Shown here piece by piece: positions 54,690 to 56,145 of a stretch of DNA of 56,145 nt. The notes under the pieces are model-generated. The model saw only the letters and a list, made by a program, of their open reading frames with translations, was not told the origin of the DNA and ran no database searches. Location: sequence record PZ386950.1, one strand, 5' to 3'. Source of the stretch: a phage. Numbering within the stretch: the stretch's first letter is position 1; each line of letters begins with the position of its first letter. The position numbers were made by a program, and so were the translations under genes.

Positions 54690-55085
54690 TTAACAGGGGT
54701 TTCGGCTGGCGTAAAACTTTGTACCTACTGGCATACGTTCCATGCCGAGTTTTCCACGCAAGTATTTGTATGTTTCACCGGGAGAACGTAGTTCTGCTTC
54801 ACACGGTCTTTCAACAATTTCACCCACGGGATCACCTAACGCGCCTTTCCACCCTTCCCACATTGCACTCATAGTGATAAACCAGACACTACCTAAACTG
54901 GCTTTCTTGTTCTCCCAAAACCAATCGATGAACTCTATCGACATTCCGTGCTGTTTTGCAATTTCGTAACGGTCATCCACTTTTTCAACCCTCCACCCAT
55001 ATTTGGCACGATTCATAGCGGTCCGTTCATCATTCGTGGTGAACAGTACGCGCCCGGATTTATGACAAATGTTCCAAGTCGTCAT
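54690..55085 (-). CDS. hypothetical protein
   Basis: 131-aa ORF. Confidence 0.5.
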   Translation of the reverse strand: MTTWNICHKSGRVLFTTNDERTAMNRAKYGWRVEKVDDRYEIAKQHGMSIEFIDWFWENKKASLGSVWFITMSAMWEGWKGALGDPVGEIVERPCEAELRSPGETYKYLRGKLGMERMPVGTKFYASRNPC

Positions 55086-55299
55086 TTCGCTAATACACCA
55101 ATAATGAAAATTAGCATATAGAATAAAACATTACGGGTCATAATTCATAAACCTTAAAACTACCGCCTGAATAGCGATGTTTATTACACAAATTACAACG
55201 GTGTTCCTGATTTGCGTAGTTACGTTCATCACCGTGTATAGTACGATATAAACACCATTCGTGTTTGCAGAATAATCGTTTGATAAATATCTTCATAGT

Positions 55300-55494
55300 T
55301 CAATAACCCCTCCTCGACTGGTAATCAATTTTCTTCAGTGATTGTTGCACGATCTGCCAGGATGACAACATGAATAATTGCGCGTATTGTCCCAGTGCTA
55401 AATTTCGTGGTTTATCCTGGTAAGCGTAAATGGTCGCAATGTCATCACCATTTAAACGGATCCGCCACGGTGTCAGAGTTGGTTTATCACCCAT
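55300..55494 (-). CDS. hypothetical small protein
   Basis: trimmed to ATG 55494. Confidence 0.4.
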   Translation of the reverse strand: MGDKPTLTPWRIRLNGDDIATIYAYQDKPRNLALGQYAQLFMLSSWQIVQQSLKKIDYQSRRGY

Positions 55495-55816
55495 GTTCGA
55501 CGCGCTCCAGTAGTTCACGAATGTTTTGCAACACCTGTTGTTTTGTCTGAGTAGTGACACATACACCATCAGTACGCCCAAAAGTTTCTAACACAGTTTG
55601 AAGTGCTTGATATATTTCAGGACTATTTAACATTAATGACAGGTTACCCCGGAGTTCCTGGAGTTTTTCTTGTTCTTCGTTTGGTAAATAACAAGGGTCT
55701 TCCATTTTAATAACCACTTGCGCGATTGCCCCGTGGTCTGGTGATGAAATACTCACATGATTTTCAACCCATCCTTCATCTTTAAACCACGGTAATTGTG
55801 AACATTTCATACTCAT
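55487..55816 (-). CDS. hypothetical protein, first gene after promoter copy 11
   Basis: 109-aa ORF. Confidence 0.5.
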   Translation of the reverse strand: MSMKCSQLPWFKDEGWVENHVSISSPDHGAIAQVVIKMEDPCYLPNEEQEKLQELRGNLSLMLNSPEIYQALQTVLETFGRTDGVCVTTQTKQQVLQNIRELLERVEHG

Positions 55817-56040
55817 GACCCTCTTGTTTTTTGTTTAGTGAAAAGATATCTCTTCAACCCGTCGCAACTAATTTCACAATCCCCGCAGGAACCACCATCC
55901 AACCAGATGATGCATAGTGTGTGATTTCGTGGGGTGAGTTACGCTTTATACTCACCGTAGCGCCTGACAATCAGCGGTATCTTCAGCCGGACAATTCCGG
56001 GTTACTACATACTTGGTCAGGTATCTTTTCTATGGCAATA

Positions 56041-56082
56041 ACTATACAGATACATGAGTAATCTGTCAAGAATTATTTTAAA
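56041..56082 (-). promoter_or_regulatory. sigma70-type promoter with UP element (copy 11)
   Basis: minus-strand TTAAAATAATTCTTGACAGATTACT plus 17 bp and TATAGT. Confidence 0.65.
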
Positions 56083-56145
56083 TCTCTGTCACCACCAATC
56101 ACCCGTGGTAAACTGTATAGAACAGTTACAAACGGGCCGATAACC

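Noticed and set aside
1-56145. 7-deazaguanine (queuosine-like) DNA modification genes, suggested by the ParB-like gene
   Set aside because: I found no PP-loop (SGGxDS), radical-SAM CxxxCxxC, or tRNA-guanine transglycosylase-like ORF; the ParB-like protein alone is insufficient.
1-56145. tRNA genes, integrase, repressor or attachment site
   Set aside because: None recognised by eye; tRNA absence is not reliable without a covariance scan, so this is an absence of evidence only.

Overview
This window reads as a near-complete genome of a tailed phage (siphovirus-like, with a 971-aa tape measure protein), rotated to begin at the large terminase gene. All calls are from reading the sequence and the ORF track and from motif recall; no database search was run. 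Plus-strand structural modules (terminase, portal, head morphogenesis, prohead protease-like, scaffold, capsid, tail, tape measure, tail tip) are interrupted by minus-strand blocks of small genes, each sitting downstream of a copy of one conserved promoter-like motif, AAAATAATTCTTGAC(A/G)-17/18 bp-(-10), seen 11 times. A minus-strand replication operon carries a P/A-rich protein, a Cas4-like DUF2800 nuclease, an SSB-like protein, a compact family-B DNA polymerase, a DUF4406-like protein and a Dam methylase. A plus-strand block carries an SF2 helicase, a VRR-NUC nuclease, a primase-helicase and many small early genes, including a short C5-methyltransferase-like protein, a SLOG/DUF2493 protein, a ParB-like protein and an HD (SpoT-like) hydrolase. 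The small terminase gene sits about 5 kb from the large one, next to an iteron-rich AT-rich region of which a second diverged copy lies at 11.5-11.8 kb. Most worth a second look: a one-domain beta-clamp homolog, the methyltransferase-like/SLOG/ParB cluster, the iteron elements, a dUTPase broken at an A7 run, a structured noncoding island carrying a 14-nt perfect complement to the 16S rRNA 3' end, and a 35-aa module shared by two unrelated proteins. I did not recognise any tRNA, CRISPR array, integrase or repressor, but I could not scan exhaustively by eye.
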